Of a stretch of DNA of 64,000 bases, positions 31,304 through 41,686 are shown piece after piece. Positions within the stretch are counted from its first letter, which is position 1. Each line of letters opens with the position of its first letter. Under the pieces are notes generated by a model. That model was not told where the DNA came from, ran no database searches, and saw nothing but the letters and a program-made list of their open reading frames with translations. A program made the position numbers and the translations under genes. Origin of the DNA: Alphaproteobacteria bacterium (GTDB lineage: Bacteria > Pseudomonadota > Alphaproteobacteria > Rickettsiales > SXRF01); contig JBDHUC010000001.1 in NCBI GenBank assembly GCA_039808985.1, positions 76,038 through 140,037 of the forward strand. The letters are read 5' to 3'.

Positions 31304-31918
31304 TTACCTGCTGATAAAATTTCCCATATAGCTGCGCATATTCGATTCCAGCTTATCATTTAGCATTTTCATCATATCCTGGACCATCTGTAAATAGGCT
31401 GATTTGCGGTAGTTCACGCTTGCATTTTCCGGTATGGTAATGCTCCTGGTTATAACTACTGAGGTATCAGCAAGCGACATAGGCTGGTCGCCATATATCC
31501 GCATTTCCACTTCCAGGCGGCCATCATATCTTTTATCCTGATCATTGGTGAACAGGCCAGTAAGGCCTTTCGTTTTTGGCAGGTCTGTTGATTTTACTGC
31601 AGCGTCTTTAATTGTAACCTGCAGTATTTTGTCATGGCCGGTTGCATGCAAACGATCTTTTACCCAGAGAGCCATGGCATCAGCCGGTGAATATGGCATT
31701 AAATGCTCCACATTAGGAGCAGCAAAAGGTGATTTATATTCCTCTATCAAATCTATTCTTGCAACATCAACATTAATTGGGGCGTATTGGCTGAAGTTGA
31801 TTGGCTGCTGGTTTATAGGAGGAGTAGGGGAAGAGCAGGCCGCAACTGCAAAAAATATTAAAGTTATAAAGAAGGCTTTTTCCCTGGCAAATATTTTATA
31901 CATTTTTCTCTCCATCAT
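31304..31918 (-). CDS. hypothetical lipoprotein
   Basis: VAAC lipobox. Confidence 0.75.
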   Translation of the reverse strand: MMERKMYKIFAREKAFFITLIFFAVAACSSPTPPINQQPINFSQYAPINVDVARIDLIEEYKSPFAAPNVEHLMPYSPADAMALWVKDRLHATGHDKILQVTIKDAAVKSTDLPKTKGLTGLFTNDQDKRYDGRLEVEMRIYGDQPMSLADTSVVITRSITIPENASVNYRKSAYLQMVQDMMKMLNDKLESNMRSYMGNFISR

Positions 31919-31926
31919 TTAAAATT

Positions 31927-32910
31927 CTATTTCTGGGTAAGAATAGAAGGGTATTCAGTGCGCCCACCACGGATTTCTTCGGCAAAATAAAGGGGGCGAT
32001 TTTTGCTTTCACGAAGTATACGGCTTATATATTCCGAGATAACGGCAAGAAAAGCAAACAGCAGGCAGAACAGCATATTTATAAGTACTACCAGCGATGT
32101 CCAGCCATTGGCAATTGCTGTTGTGTTGCCCATTATTATCTTATAACCGATAACATAAGCGGTAAGTAATAAAGCAAACGCGGAAACAGCAAGGCTCATA
32201 AGCGATATATAACGTAGCGGCTTATCGGAAAATGATATTATCGCGTCAAGCGCAGCCTGTATCAGGCGCGGGTAATTATACTTTGTATAACCGGCAAAAC
32301 GCGGCTCGCGCTCGTACAATACCGTTGCATTGCGGAACCCGACATAGGCATATATCATTTTCATGTAGCGCACATTATCTTTAACGCTTGTAACCGCATC
32401 CACTACCTTGCGGCGCATGACACGGTAATCACCAACCGTATCTGGTATGCTAAGCCCGGTCATATGCGTTGCAATCCTGTAAAATAATTTGGATGTCGAT
32501 TTTTTTATCCAGGTTTCTTTACGGCGCATGGTGTGTTGCGCAGACACTATATCAAAACCATCATCAAGTTTTTTTACCAGTGAAGGTATAAGTGATGGCG
32601 GATCCTGCAAATCAGAATCCAGCATTACTACAACTTCGCCGTTGGAATGCTCAAGACCCGCTGTTACCGCAGCCTCTTTGCCGAAATTACGGGAAAAACG
32701 GATGAGGCGGATATTAGAGTTTTTACGCTGGTATTCCGCAATTCTTTCAACTGTCGAATCTTTAGAGCCATCATCTACCAGCAATAATTCATAGTTATGG
32801 AAATTCTCTTCCAATACCTCAACGGTACGAGTTATGAATTCGCCTATGGCTTCTTCTTCATTATAACATGGCGCTACAACCGAAAGCATTGTGTCTTTGT
32901 GAATTGTCAT
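31927..32910 (-). CDS. glycosyltransferase family 2 (GtrB/ArnC-like)
   Basis: PCYNEE, DDGSKD, SRNFGKE, DSDLQDPP, two C-terminal TMs. Confidence 0.92.
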   Translation of the reverse strand: MTIHKDTMLSVVAPCYNEEEAIGEFITRTVEVLEENFHNYELLLVDDGSKDSTVERIAEYQRKNSNIRLIRFSRNFGKEAAVTAGLEHSNGEVVVMLDSDLQDPPSLIPSLVKKLDDGFDIVSAQHTMRRKETWIKKSTSKLFYRIATHMTGLSIPDTVGDYRVMRRKVVDAVTSVKDNVRYMKMIYAYVGFRNATVLYEREPRFAGYTKYNYPRLIQAALDAIISFSDKPLRYISLMSLAVSAFALLLTAYVIGYKIIMGNTTAIANGWTSLVVLINMLFCLLFAFLAVISEYISRILRESKNRPLYFAEEIRGGRTEYPSILTQK

Positions 32911-32922
32911 CTTTTTATCCGA

Positions 32923-33666
32923 TTATTTGAGTATTACTGGTTGTACTGGGGCTGAAATCTGCTGTGTTGGCGCCTTTTTTTCCGGCGTATCCTTTATAGC
33001 CGGTTCCATAGGTTGTTGCGCATGCTGGTCAGATGGCGCGTTTAATATTACAGGCGGTTTTTTAAACAATGAATATTGCACTTCATCGCCAGCGTTTATT
33101 GACAGTCCAGCACAAGCGCCACCCTTTAGAAACAGGAATGCAAGCACAGGTGAGCTTGGATATATATCTTCTTCAAGCTCTGAAAGCAGGATATTTGGTA
33201 CTATCTGTATTATTTTTCCCTGTTTATCTATGAATAATATGTCAACAGGCGCATATTGGTTGGAGCGTATTATAGGCTTTATATCCGGCTTTCCAAATGC
33301 CATCATGATACCTGATTTTTCCGAATAGCTGCTTAAGTTAAACCATCCGTTTTGCCTGTAAAGGGACATGGCATCACGCACTTCAACATCAATTACTATT
33401 CCAGTATCCACTACAGGAGCTGGTTCCGGCTCCGGTTCTTTTACCGGTTGTATATTATCCTTGTCAGGAAGAGGGGTTGGTTTAGGCACAGGCCTTTGCA
33501 GCGATTTCCGCACTATAAGTATATTGGTTCGCGTATAATCTATCGGGCTATTACTATCACCATATAATATGCCGCTTTTATTATTAGCTTTTTTTGCAGC
33601 AAAAGAATCTGTGCTGAATATTAAGCCAAGAACGGTAGTAAGAATTATAATAAAAACATATTTCAT
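32923..33666 (-). CDS. divergent DUF192-like secreted protein
   Basis: signal peptide, Pro-rich arms, PVDILFIDKQGKI...GG...INAGDEV. Confidence 0.7.
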   Translation of the reverse strand: MKYVFIIILTTVLGLIFSTDSFAAKKANNKSGILYGDSNSPIDYTRTNILIVRKSLQRPVPKPTPLPDKDNIQPVKEPEPEPAPVVDTGIVIDVEVRDAMSLYRQNGWFNLSSYSEKSGIMMAFGKPDIKPIIRSNQYAPVDILFIDKQGKIIQIVPNILLSELEEDIYPSSPVLAFLFLKGGACAGLSINAGDEVQYSLFKKPPVILNAPSDQHAQQPMEPAIKDTPEKKAPTQQISAPVQPVILK

Positions 33667-34133
33667 TGTTTAAATGCCTTATAAATAATTTCGCTGCCCA
33701 CTAAAATATTCTTCTTTTTGGCCAGTCCGCCTTGTATTTCCATTACCGCTTTTACTGACATGCCTCCCGCATCTATATTATCAAGCGACTCTGGTTTTGC
33801 ATCATGCTCTATATAAACAACCTTTCCCTTGCTGTCGATAAACAGCATATCTAGTGGAATCAATGTGTTTTTCATCCACATATTAATGATTTGCTGGTTG
33901 TCAAATACAAATAACATTGCTTTATTTTCGCTAATTTCCTTGCGGAACATAAGACCATGCTCCTGCTGCCTAGGCTCTAATGCAAGCTCTGTATCAAAAG
34001 GCAGGTTGCCTTGTGCGGTGCGAATAACAACCTTCTCAACGCTAAACCTGACATCTTCATCTGCAATAATGGAAGAGGCATAAAACCCTAAGAAAACCGC
34101 CATTATTGCCAAATAAATATATTTTTTTCTCAT
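33663..34133 (-). CDS. DUF192 domain protein
   Basis: GLMFR, MWMKNTLIPLDMLF. Confidence 0.92.
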   Translation of the reverse strand: MRKKYIYLAIMAVFLGFYASSIIADEDVRFSVEKVVIRTAQGNLPFDTELALEPRQQEHGLMFRKEISENKAMLFVFDNQQIINMWMKNTLIPLDMLFIDSKGKVVYIEHDAKPESLDNIDAGGMSVKAVMEIQGGLAKKKNILVGSEIIYKAFKQ

Positions 34134-34241
34134 GGTTTTTACAGGTTTGTTACAGTTTTATGAAATTTGACTTAATAGTGTGGATATTATGCTGAAAATT
34201 AGATATAATACAAGAATAAGAGTATATAAAGGGATTAAATT

Positions 34242-34955
34242 ATGAGCCGTAATTTTATCGGGCAGCGCTCAGCAGGCAGTTCTAATATCACGCTTAGAGT
34301 TATCCGCAATACCCTTAGAAAAGGCGGCAGGATAAATGAAGACACGTTCCGTAAAATAGTCCGTGGCAAGCTGGACGAGGCTCGTGCCAACATGGGCAAA
34401 AAGGGATATAACGCTTCTATGTTCGGCTCGATAGGCGGGAATAAAAGGCGTTCTAAAAAAGCTGAAGAAACGATCGAGAAGGTGAACAGGCTGCGCGAGG
34501 AAAGGGCTGTTAAAAAGGCCAATAAGGAAGTTGTAATTGTTCCAAGGCGCTTCATAAACGGCAAGATAGACGAGAAGGGCCGAATCAAGGATATAACCGG
34601 AAACGTGGTTGCGAAAGTTAACCTGAAAAACGGGGCGATGACGGATATAAATGGTCAGTATTTCGGTGTTTACATTTCTAAAAACCAGGGTGTTGTTAAT
34701 AAGATTGAAGCTCAAATTGACAAAGTAAGCCCTTACTATATCGGTCAGCGTACCGCGTTACTTAAAGCAAAAGAACTAAAAGAAAAATTACTGGAATCTG
34801 TTTCACTTGACGTATGGAGCCGTACCCCGGTTGACGCCTGGGGAAGGCCAAAAGATACGGACGTCTGGGGCAGGCCAAAAACTGACATCTGGGGCAGGAC
34901 GCAAAGCGATATGTGGGGCAACCAGCAGCTTGATATGTGGGGCAACCAGCTCTAA
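34242..34955 (+). CDS. hypothetical basic protein with C-terminal DxWG repeats
   Basis: 237-aa ORF; six D-x-W-(S/G) motifs at the C-terminus. Confidence 0.75.
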   Translation: MSRNFIGQRSAGSSNITLRVIRNTLRKGGRINEDTFRKIVRGKLDEARANMGKKGYNASMFGSIGGNKRRSKKAEETIEKVNRLREERAVKKANKEVVIVPRRFINGKIDEKGRIKDITGNVVAKVNLKNGAMTDINGQYFGVYISKNQGVVNKIEAQIDKVSPYYIGQRTALLKAKELKEKLLESVSLDVWSRTPVDAWGRPKDTDVWGRPKTDIWGRTQSDMWGNQQLDMWGNQL

Positions 34956-35710
34956 GCCTTGCGCGCAACCGCAAATGCTGAAAAAGCCTGCTGCGTTGGC
35001 ATTATTTCCACACGGTTTATATTTACATGCGCTGGCCTGCTTATAGTCCATAATATAGTTTCAGCTATGTCATTTGCGGTCAGGGGTTGCATCCCGGAAT
35101 ATACGCCTGCTGCCTTGCTTTTATCGCCTGAGAAACGGACAATTGAAAATTCGGTTTCGGCCATGCCTGGCTCGATATTCGTTACCCTGATATTTTTGCC
35201 TATAAGATCTGCGCGTAAGTTAAGCGAGAATTGAGTTACAAAAGCTTTTGTGGCACCGTAAACGTTGCCGCCGGGATATGGGTATGTCCCTGCAATCGAA
35301 CTTAAGTTGATTATATGACCGTTATCGCGCTCTATCATGCCAGGCAGCAGGGCATGAGTGCAATTTATAACCCCCGTGATATTGGTTTGCACCATGCGCT
35401 CTAAATCAGTTTCTTCCTGTCTGTCAAATGGCGACAGGCCAAGCGCCAGGCCAGCATTATTCACCAGTATATCAACTTTCGAAAATTCCTCAGGAAGCCC
35501 GGCAATAGCCTTTTTTACTGCGGCATTGTCCCCAACATCGAGCCTTATCCCAAAAACACTGTCAGGAATTTCACTTTTCAATTCGTCCAGGCGTTCCTGT
35601 CTTCTGCCACAGGCGATTATTTTTGCACCGTTATGGGCAAATAATTTTACGCAGGCCAGGCCAAAACCAGCGGTTGCGCCTGTAATGAATATGGTTTTAT
35701 GTTTGAGCAT
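34952..35710 (-). CDS. SDR oxidoreductase, YdfG-like
   Basis: TGATAGFG, NNAGLALG, YGATK. Confidence 0.9.
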   Translation of the reverse strand: MLKHKTIFITGATAGFGLACVKLFAHNGAKIIACGRRQERLDELKSEIPDSVFGIRLDVGDNAAVKKAIAGLPEEFSKVDILVNNAGLALGLSPFDRQEETDLERMVQTNITGVINCTHALLPGMIERDNGHIINLSSIAGTYPYPGGNVYGATKAFVTQFSLNLRADLIGKNIRVTNIEPGMAETEFSIVRFSGDKSKAAGVYSGMQPLTANDIAETILWTISRPAHVNINRVEIMPTQQAFSAFAVARKA

Positions 35711-35714
35711 TGGA

Positions 35715-35801
35715 TTAGCTACGGAATACCAGTTACTAGTTGCGAGTAAATATAATATAAACTAAAAAACTGGCAACTAGTAACTAGTAACCAGTAGCTA
35801 A
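35715..35801. repeat. 7-nt periodic inverted-repeat element between the SDR gene and ccmC
   Basis: tagctac-ggaatac-cagttac-tagttgc ... gcaacta-gtaacta-gtaacca-gtagcta. Confidence 0.8.
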
Positions 35802-35804
35802 ATT

Positions 35805-36524
35805 ATGCATCGCTTTGCTAATCCTGCCCAGTTTATCCGTCTTGCCGATAAATGCCTGCCGTGGCTTGCAGGAATTACCTGCTTTGCAATATGCGTGGGC
35901 CTGCTTGAAGCATTATTTGTTTCTCCGCCGGATTATCAGCAGGGTGACAGCGTGCGAATTATGTATGTGCATGTTCCCGCTGCCATGCTTTCAATGGCTA
36001 TTTACAGCGCGATGGCCGCTGCATCAGCAAGCTTCCTGGTATGGCGGCATCCACTTGCTGATATTGCAGCGCAGGCAAGCGCACCAATCGGGGCCGGATT
36101 TACATTAATAACCCTTATAACAGGCTCGCTATGGGGAAAGCCGATGTGGGGAACATGGTGGGTATGGGATGCAAGGCTTACCTCAGAGCTTATATTATTT
36201 TTCATGTATATAGGGTACATAGCACTCGCCGATAGCTATGCTTTCCAGGAGCGCGGAAAGAAAATATGCGCGGTCATGGCGCTTGTCGGGTTTGTCAATA
36301 TTCCGATCATTCATTTTTCCGTTGAATGGTGGAATACGCTGCACCAGCCAGCAAGCATAATACGCAGCGGCGGAATCGCTATTGACAATGCAATGCAGAT
36401 ACCGCTTTTTTCAATGCTTGCGGCCTTTGCCCTGATTTATATCACCCTTCTTATTCTGCGCGTTAAAACTATGGTTTTACAGCAAAAACTCCGCCGCCTG
36501 CAATTTAACGTGAAATCAACGTGA
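35805..36524 (+). CDS. ccmC: heme exporter protein C
   Basis: YVHVP, WGKPMWGTWWVWDARLT, WWNTLHQ. Confidence 0.96.
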   Translation: MHRFANPAQFIRLADKCLPWLAGITCFAICVGLLEALFVSPPDYQQGDSVRIMYVHVPAAMLSMAIYSAMAAASASFLVWRHPLADIAAQASAPIGAGFTLITLITGSLWGKPMWGTWWVWDARLTSELILFFMYIGYIALADSYAFQERGKKICAVMALVGFVNIPIIHFSVEWWNTLHQPASIIRSGGIAIDNAMQIPLFSMLAAFALIYITLLILRVKTMVLQQKLRRLQFNVKST

Positions 36525-36633
36525 AATCATAGGGTAACTAAGTCACGCAGAAGTTGAGAAAAACACTAGACAAATCTATAATCAGTGACTAGTAATTCCA
36601 CTTTCCAATATTTAGCATAAATCTGGAGTTGTT

Positions 36634-36972
36634 ATGACCTTCGTTGTTACCGATGCCTGTATAAAATGCAAGTATACCGATTGCGTGGAAGTGTGCCCGG
36701 TAGATTGCTTCTATGAGGGCGAAAACATGCTGGTAATAAACCCTGACGAGTGCATTGATTGTGGTGTATGCGAACCTGAATGCCCGGCAGAAGCAATCCT
36801 CCCTGAATCAGATGAACTTCTTAAGTGGGTGGAAATGAATAGGGAGTATGCTGCCAAGTGGCCAAACCTTACATCTAAGAAAACTCCACCAGCAGATGCC
36901 GATAGTTTTAAAGGCGTAGCCGGTAAATTTGAGCAGTTTTTCAGCCCCAACCCTCCCAAGGGTGGAAAATAA
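36634..36972 (+). CDS. fdxA: ferredoxin FdxA
   Basis: [30 protein letters not shown]. Confidence 0.95.
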   Translation: MTFVVTDACIKCKYTDCVEVCPVDCFYEGENMLVINPDECIDCGVCEPECPAEAILPESDELLKWVEMNREYAAKWPNLTSKKTPPADADSFKGVAGKFEQFFSPNPPKGGK

Positions 36973-37162
36973 CTGTATTTATTCTATAATTTAGCGTTTA
37001 TGGAAAATTTATAATAAATTGTTTCTTTTCCCTTAATTTCATGATATATTAATACACGTTATTTTGGCTCCGAATCATTTTATAGCGGTTTAGATGCTTT
37101 AAATATACTATATATAGTCAAACCATGCAGCTACCTGCATTAACATTGCGTTAGGAACATCT

Positions 37163-37978
37163 ATGCCACAGAAAAACCTAAAAAAGAAAATTGTTAATAC
37201 CAAACCAAAAACAACGCAAGCCACTAAAATTCAAGCCAAGCAGGCAGCAACCAAAAAAACGGTAAAAGGCGCTTCAAAGAGCACTTCCGTTAAGCACACC
37301 AGCAAAGTGATAGCTGCTGTTGCTTCATCCAAAAAGCCTGCTGCTAAGGTAGCCCCGGCAAAAGTTTCAATGCCAGCAAAGCCAACAATTGCTGCAACCC
37401 CTGTTGCCAGGCAGGCAGATAAAAAACCTGCCGCCAAGGTAGCTTCCCTGAAAATGCTATATAAGGTTGGGAATTATGTTGTGTACCCAACACATGGTGT
37501 GGGCAAGATAATGGCGGAAGAAACCCAGATGATTGGCGATATTGAATTGCGGATGCTGGTTATTTCCTTCGAAAAGGACAAAATGACCCTGCGTGTACCG
37601 CTTTCGCGGGCTTCTGCAGCAGGTCTTCGCCCGGTAAGCTCGGCTGAGCAGATGAAGCGGGTATTCGTCACACTTAAGAGCCGCGCACGCACCAGCCGTG
37701 GGATGTGGAGCCGCCGTGCCCAGGAATATGAAACCAAGATAAATTCCGGCAATATTCATTTCATTGCTGAGGTTGTTCGTGATCTTCACCAGAATGTTGA
37801 TCAATCAGAGCGCTCTTACAGCGAACGCATGATCTATGAATCAGCTCTTGCCCGCCTGGTTGGCGAACTTGCTGCCTGCGAAGGCACTGATTATAAAACA
37901 GCAACTGATAAGCTTATGAAGCTTCTGCGCGCTAAAGTAGCTGCGGCAGCGGCGGAAGCTTTGAAAGAAGCTGCGTAA
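37163..37978 (+). CDS. carD: CarD/CdnL family regulator with Lys/Ala-rich N-terminal extension
   Basis: VVYPTHGVG, WSRRAQEYE, SYSER; fdxA-carD synteny. Confidence 0.9.
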   Translation: MPQKNLKKKIVNTKPKTTQATKIQAKQAATKKTVKGASKSTSVKHTSKVIAAVASSKKPAAKVAPAKVSMPAKPTIAATPVARQADKKPAAKVASLKMLYKVGNYVVYPTHGVGKIMAEETQMIGDIELRMLVISFEKDKMTLRVPLSRASAAGLRPVSSAEQMKRVFVTLKSRARTSRGMWSRRAQEYETKINSGNIHFIAEVVRDLHQNVDQSERSYSERMIYESALARLVGELAACEGTDYKTATDKLMKLLRAKVAAAAAEALKEAA

Positions 37979-37984
37979 TTATAT

Positions 37985-38028
37985 AACTTCAAGGTGGACG
38001 ATTTATTCGTTTGCCTTGAAGTTTTTTT
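37985..38028 (+). terminator. intrinsic terminator after carD
   Basis: aacttcaagg/ccttgaagtt stem + T7. Confidence 0.8.
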
Positions 38029-38029
38029 G

Positions 38030-38150
38030 TATTCAAAGTATTTCAATAATTGGCTAGGCAGCCGAGGCGAGTAGCACGGAGTGTACGCTTGGTACATGAG
38101 TACTACGAGTCCGAAGTATAACAACGCCAATTATTGAAAGACAAAGAATA
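38030..38150. mobile_element. RPE-like palindromic MITE (121 bp, TA ends)
   Basis: tttcaataattggc/gccaattattgaaa stem, cggagtgtac...gtacatgag core. Confidence 0.8.
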
Positions 38151-39221
38151 ATGACATTCAACACATTCGGACATCTATTTCGTTTTACAACATGGGGAGA
38201 AAGCCACGGTGAGGCCATAGGCTGCGTGGTGGATGGGGTGCCATCCCTTATCGACCTGTGCGAAGCTGACATACAGGTGTGGCTGGACAAGCGTAAACCA
38301 GCCCAATCGCGTTATACTACCCAGCGCAAGGAAAGCGATACGGTAAAAATCTTATCCGGTGTATTCGATGGCAAAACTACTGGTGCGCCTATATCGCTTA
38401 TAATACATAATGAAGACCAGAAATCGAAAGATTATGCTGATATAAAAGATAAGTTCCGCCCCGGCCATGCCGACTATACCTATATGCAGAAATACGGTAT
38501 CCGTGACTATCGCGGTGGCGGGCGCTCATCGGCACGTGAAACCGCGATGCGAGTTGCTGCTGGTGCTATTGCGCGCAAGATACTTGGCGATTCGATCACT
38601 ATTAGCGGTTCTATGGTGCAAATGGGAAATGATAAGATAGACAGCAGCCTGGCAGATATAAAAGAAACCGGGAACAACCCGTTCTGGTGCGCTGATGCCA
38701 AGGCCGCAGCACGTTGGGCAGAAAAGCTTGATGAAATCCGCAAGAACGGCTCATCAATCGGCGCAGTTATCGAAGTTGTTGCCAAAGGGGTTCCCGCCGG
38801 ATTTGGTGCGCCAATCTATAAAAAGCTCGATGCCGATATAGCAACCGCGATAATGAGCATTAACGCAGTAAAAGGCGTAGAAATAGGTGATGGATTCGCT
38901 AGCGCTGGCTTAAGCGGCGAGGAAAATGGCGATACAATGCGCGCTGGCAAAAACGGTACAATTTTTGAATCAAACCATGCTGGCGGAATCCTGGGTGGAA
39001 TTTCGACTGGCCAACCCATAGTTGTACGCTTTGCGGTAAAGCCTACCAGTTCAATTTTAAATGAAGTAAATACCGTGGATATAAACGGCAATAACACCAC
39101 CATTCAAACCAAAGGCCGCCATGACCCATGCGTTGGTATTCGAGCTGTTCCGGTGGGCGAGGCAATGCTTGCCTGCGTGCTCGCCGACCATTATTTAATG
39201 GCTAAACCGTATGTGAAGTAG
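38151..39221 (+). CDS. aroC: chorismate synthase
   Basis: [25 protein letters not shown]. Confidence 0.97.
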   Translation: MTFNTFGHLFRFTTWGESHGEAIGCVVDGVPSLIDLCEADIQVWLDKRKPAQSRYTTQRKESDTVKILSGVFDGKTTGAPISLIIHNEDQKSKDYADIKDKFRPGHADYTYMQKYGIRDYRGGGRSSARETAMRVAAGAIARKILGDSITISGSMVQMGNDKIDSSLADIKETGNNPFWCADAKAAARWAEKLDEIRKNGSSIGAVIEVVAKGVPAGFGAPIYKKLDADIATAIMSINAVKGVEIGDGFASAGLSGEENGDTMRAGKNGTIFESNHAGGILGGISTGQPIVVRFAVKPTSSILNEVNTVDINGNNTTIQTKGRHDPCVGIRAVPVGEAMLACVLADHYLMAKPYVK

Positions 39222-39741
39222 CCGGTTGCTGCTGCGGCGCTTTTCCACCATTATATGCAAGATGGGTAGTCTGCTCTTTTTGCATTTCGATGCCGCTATT
39301 AGATAAATCCTTTTTTAGCTCCGCTACTTTTGCAAGCTCACCTTTAGGCATGTCACTAATCATTTTTTCAGGGGCAACCCTTGTAGCTGAAGCTTCAACC
39401 ACCTGTGCTGTTGCACCGTTTTGAATACTAGCATCAGCTTTAACATGCTGTTTTTCTTCCTGAGTTAGTCCTTTAATAAAATTGAGTACAGCTTCTATAA
39501 AAGCTATTAGCGGCTGCTTTTCCTGTGTGTCTTTACCAGACATTTCAGTTACTTTTGTTTTATCTGGCAAAGTCCTGACTTGTGCGCTTGCGGCTGCCGC
39601 ACTACCATTGTTATCATTTGGTATTGCTGCCGGAATAATATTACCCACATCCTTAGGAGCATTATTATTAGTTTTAAGCCCCAATGTTTGTGGATTAGGC
39701 TTTATACCTTCAAATTTTGCTTCTAAAGTTTCAATAGCCAT
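39202..39741 (-). CDS. hypothetical protein
   Basis: 179-aa hydrophilic ORF with aagga RBS. Confidence 0.65.
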   Translation of the reverse strand: MAIETLEAKFEGIKPNPQTLGLKTNNNAPKDVGNIIPAAIPNDNNGSAAAASAQVRTLPDKTKVTEMSGKDTQEKQPLIAFIEAVLNFIKGLTQEEKQHVKADASIQNGATAQVVEASATRVAPEKMISDMPKGELAKVAELKKDLSNSGIEMQKEQTTHLAYNGGKAPQQQPATSHTV

Positions 39742-39815
39742 AAAACATCCTTTTTGTATTTATACCAGCCAGTTTAGCAGCTTATTTTTAATAATAATAT
39801 GAAGATTGTGTGACA

Positions 39816-40151
39816 TCACATTATTTTGGTGAAAAAGCAGCTATGCTCCCCGGTGTGGCAGGCTGGGCCAACCTGCTCAATTATAACAAGTATTGTGTCA
39901 CCATCACAATCAATCAGGAACTCTTTAAGAGTTTGGGTATGGCCGGAGGTTTCGCCCTTGCGCCATATTGCACTCCTGGAGCGCGACCAGTAATGCACCT
40001 GGCCAGTTGCCAGAGTTTTTTCAATAGCCTCGACATTCATCCAGGCCATCATAAGAACTTCACCGGTCTGGAAGTCCTGCGCAATAGCTGGAACCAGCCC
40101 GTTCTCAGTGAATTTTACCTGTTTCAGTATTTCTGTAATGTCGTGTTCCAT
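39816..40151 (-). CDS. hisI: phosphoribosyl-AMP cyclohydrolase
   Basis: WSRSR, KGETSG, DCDGD, ACHTG..SCF. Confidence 0.95.
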   Translation of the reverse strand: MEHDITEILKQVKFTENGLVPAIAQDFQTGEVLMMAWMNVEAIEKTLATGQVHYWSRSRSAIWRKGETSGHTQTLKEFLIDCDGDTILVIIEQVGPACHTGEHSCFFTKIM

Positions 40152-40165
40152 CTATGCAATATATG

Positions 40166-40963
40166 CTATAAATCAATTTCCATCAATACCGGAACATGGT
40201 CGGAAGGTGATTGCCAGTCGCGGGCATCTTTGAGGATGGAAAAACTCCTGAGGGCAGGGGTTAGCGCAGGTGTTACCCAGATATGGTCTAGCCTGCGCCC
40301 ACGGTCGGATTTACGCCAGTCGCGGTTACGGTAACTCCACCAGCTATATAGCTTTTGTCCGCTATCAACATAGTGACGCGCTACATCACACCAGCCGTAA
40401 GAGTCCTTAAGCGCATCCAGCCGGGTAATTTCAGGCTCCGTATGACTAACCACATTCATAAGCTGTTTGTGCGACCATACGTCATGCTCCTGCGGGGCAA
40501 TATTAAAATCACCAAGTATAATCGCCTGCCGTTTTTCTTTTTTAAGCGTATGCGACCAGTCAGTCATATGCTCTACAAAACGCAGCTTGAAATCATAGGC
40601 CGGGTTAAGAGCCGGGTCAGGAATATCGCCACCGGCAGGAACATAAAAATTATGCAGGCTGACCCCGCCAGGTAGCTCAACCGAAATATGGCGCTTGTCA
40701 TCGGATTTTGCTATCGACATGCAGGCTTGATTATCCAGCTTATATTTTGATAATATCGCCACGCCGTTATAGCTTTTCTGGCCAGAAAAAACTATGTACG
40801 GAAAACCCAGGGCTTTCAAATCCTCACACGGGAACACGTCATCTGATGCTTTGGTTTCCTGAAGGCAGATTATATCAGGATTGACCTGTTCAACCAGAAT
40901 CTTCAGTAGTGATATGCGGATGCGTACTGAATTTATATTCCAGCTTAAAATTTTAAGCAGCAT
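40166..40963 (-). CDS. xth: exodeoxyribonuclease III (second paralog)
   Basis: SWNINSVR, LQETK, GDFN, RLDHIW, SDHVPV. Confidence 0.93.
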   Translation of the reverse strand: MLLKILSWNINSVRIRISLLKILVEQVNPDIICLQETKASDDVFPCEDLKALGFPYIVFSGQKSYNGVAILSKYKLDNQACMSIAKSDDKRHISVELPGGVSLHNFYVPAGGDIPDPALNPAYDFKLRFVEHMTDWSHTLKKEKRQAIILGDFNIAPQEHDVWSHKQLMNVVSHTEPEITRLDALKDSYGWCDVARHYVDSGQKLYSWWSYRNRDWRKSDRGRRLDHIWVTPALTPALRSFSILKDARDWQSPSDHVPVLMEIDL

Positions 40964-41193
40964 TATATGCTATCTTCTGATTTAGGTGGCTTTGCAACTA
41001 TTGTTTTTTGCTGCTGACCTTCTTGCTGTTTTAGCTGTTCTTCTTTGGCCTTTTGCTCTTTTTCCCGTTGCTCGCGCTGCTCTGCCGACGGCGGCTCATA
41101 ATCACTTACGCGGTTGCTTACAAAGCGCGGCGTGGCAATGCAGCCAGACAGTTGTATAATTATAGACGATAAAAACAAATAGCGTATAAACAT
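40963..41193 (-). CDS. small hypothetical lipoprotein
   Basis: LSGC lipobox; coupled to both neighbours. Confidence 0.65.
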   Translation of the reverse strand: MFIRYLFLSSIIIQLSGCIATPRFVSNRVSDYEPPSAEQREQREKEQKAKEEQLKQQEGQQQKTIVAKPPKSEDSI

Positions 41194-41672
41194 TACATAA
41201 TCCTTTTATCAGGCTGCGAGTTAGAGTAATCGGCTGTAAGTAATGAATGTATTTCCATTGCATTTTCTGTTGCACGCAATTTTTTACAAAGGTTCTTATC
41301 GCGCAGCAATTTAGAAATTGTTGCCAGGGCTTTCAAATGCTCAGTATCAGCGGATGTTGGGCTTAAGAGAAGAAAAACCAGATCAACTTTTTTCCCATCC
41401 GCTGCGCCAAATTCAATTGCCTTTTCAAGCCTTGCGAAAAAAATATATATAGTTTGCAGGGAGTCAAAACGCCCATGCGGTATGCATACGCCATTGCCCA
41501 TCCCTGTGCAGCTTAAATGCTCGCGCTCGGAAAGAACCGAGAATATCTCTTTTTCCGACAGTTTACATATCGGGGCCGCATGGGATGACATTATCCTGAA
41601 TACTTGTTTTTTATCACGCGCCCTCAAAGATGGTATAATGGCTTCAACAGGTAAATACTGGGCAATATTCAT
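41193..41672 (-). CDS. ptsN: PTS EIIA(Ntr)
   Basis: ERE...TGMGNGVCIPH, DLVFLLLSP, HLKALA. Confidence 0.92.
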   Translation of the reverse strand: MNIAQYLPVEAIIPSLRARDKKQVFRIMSSHAAPICKLSEKEIFSVLSEREHLSCTGMGNGVCIPHGRFDSLQTIYIFFARLEKAIEFGAADGKKVDLVFLLLSPTSADTEHLKALATISKLLRDKNLCKKLRATENAMEIHSLLTADYSNSQPDKRIM

Positions 41673-41686
41673 ATAACTAATTAAAG

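Noticed and set aside
36507-36528. 11-bp tandem duplication aacgtgaaatc at the ccmC stop
   Set aside because: Real but a simple slippage-size duplication with no further support
40166-40963. Second xth as a novelty
   Set aside because: Two exonuclease III paralogs are common in alphaproteobacteria
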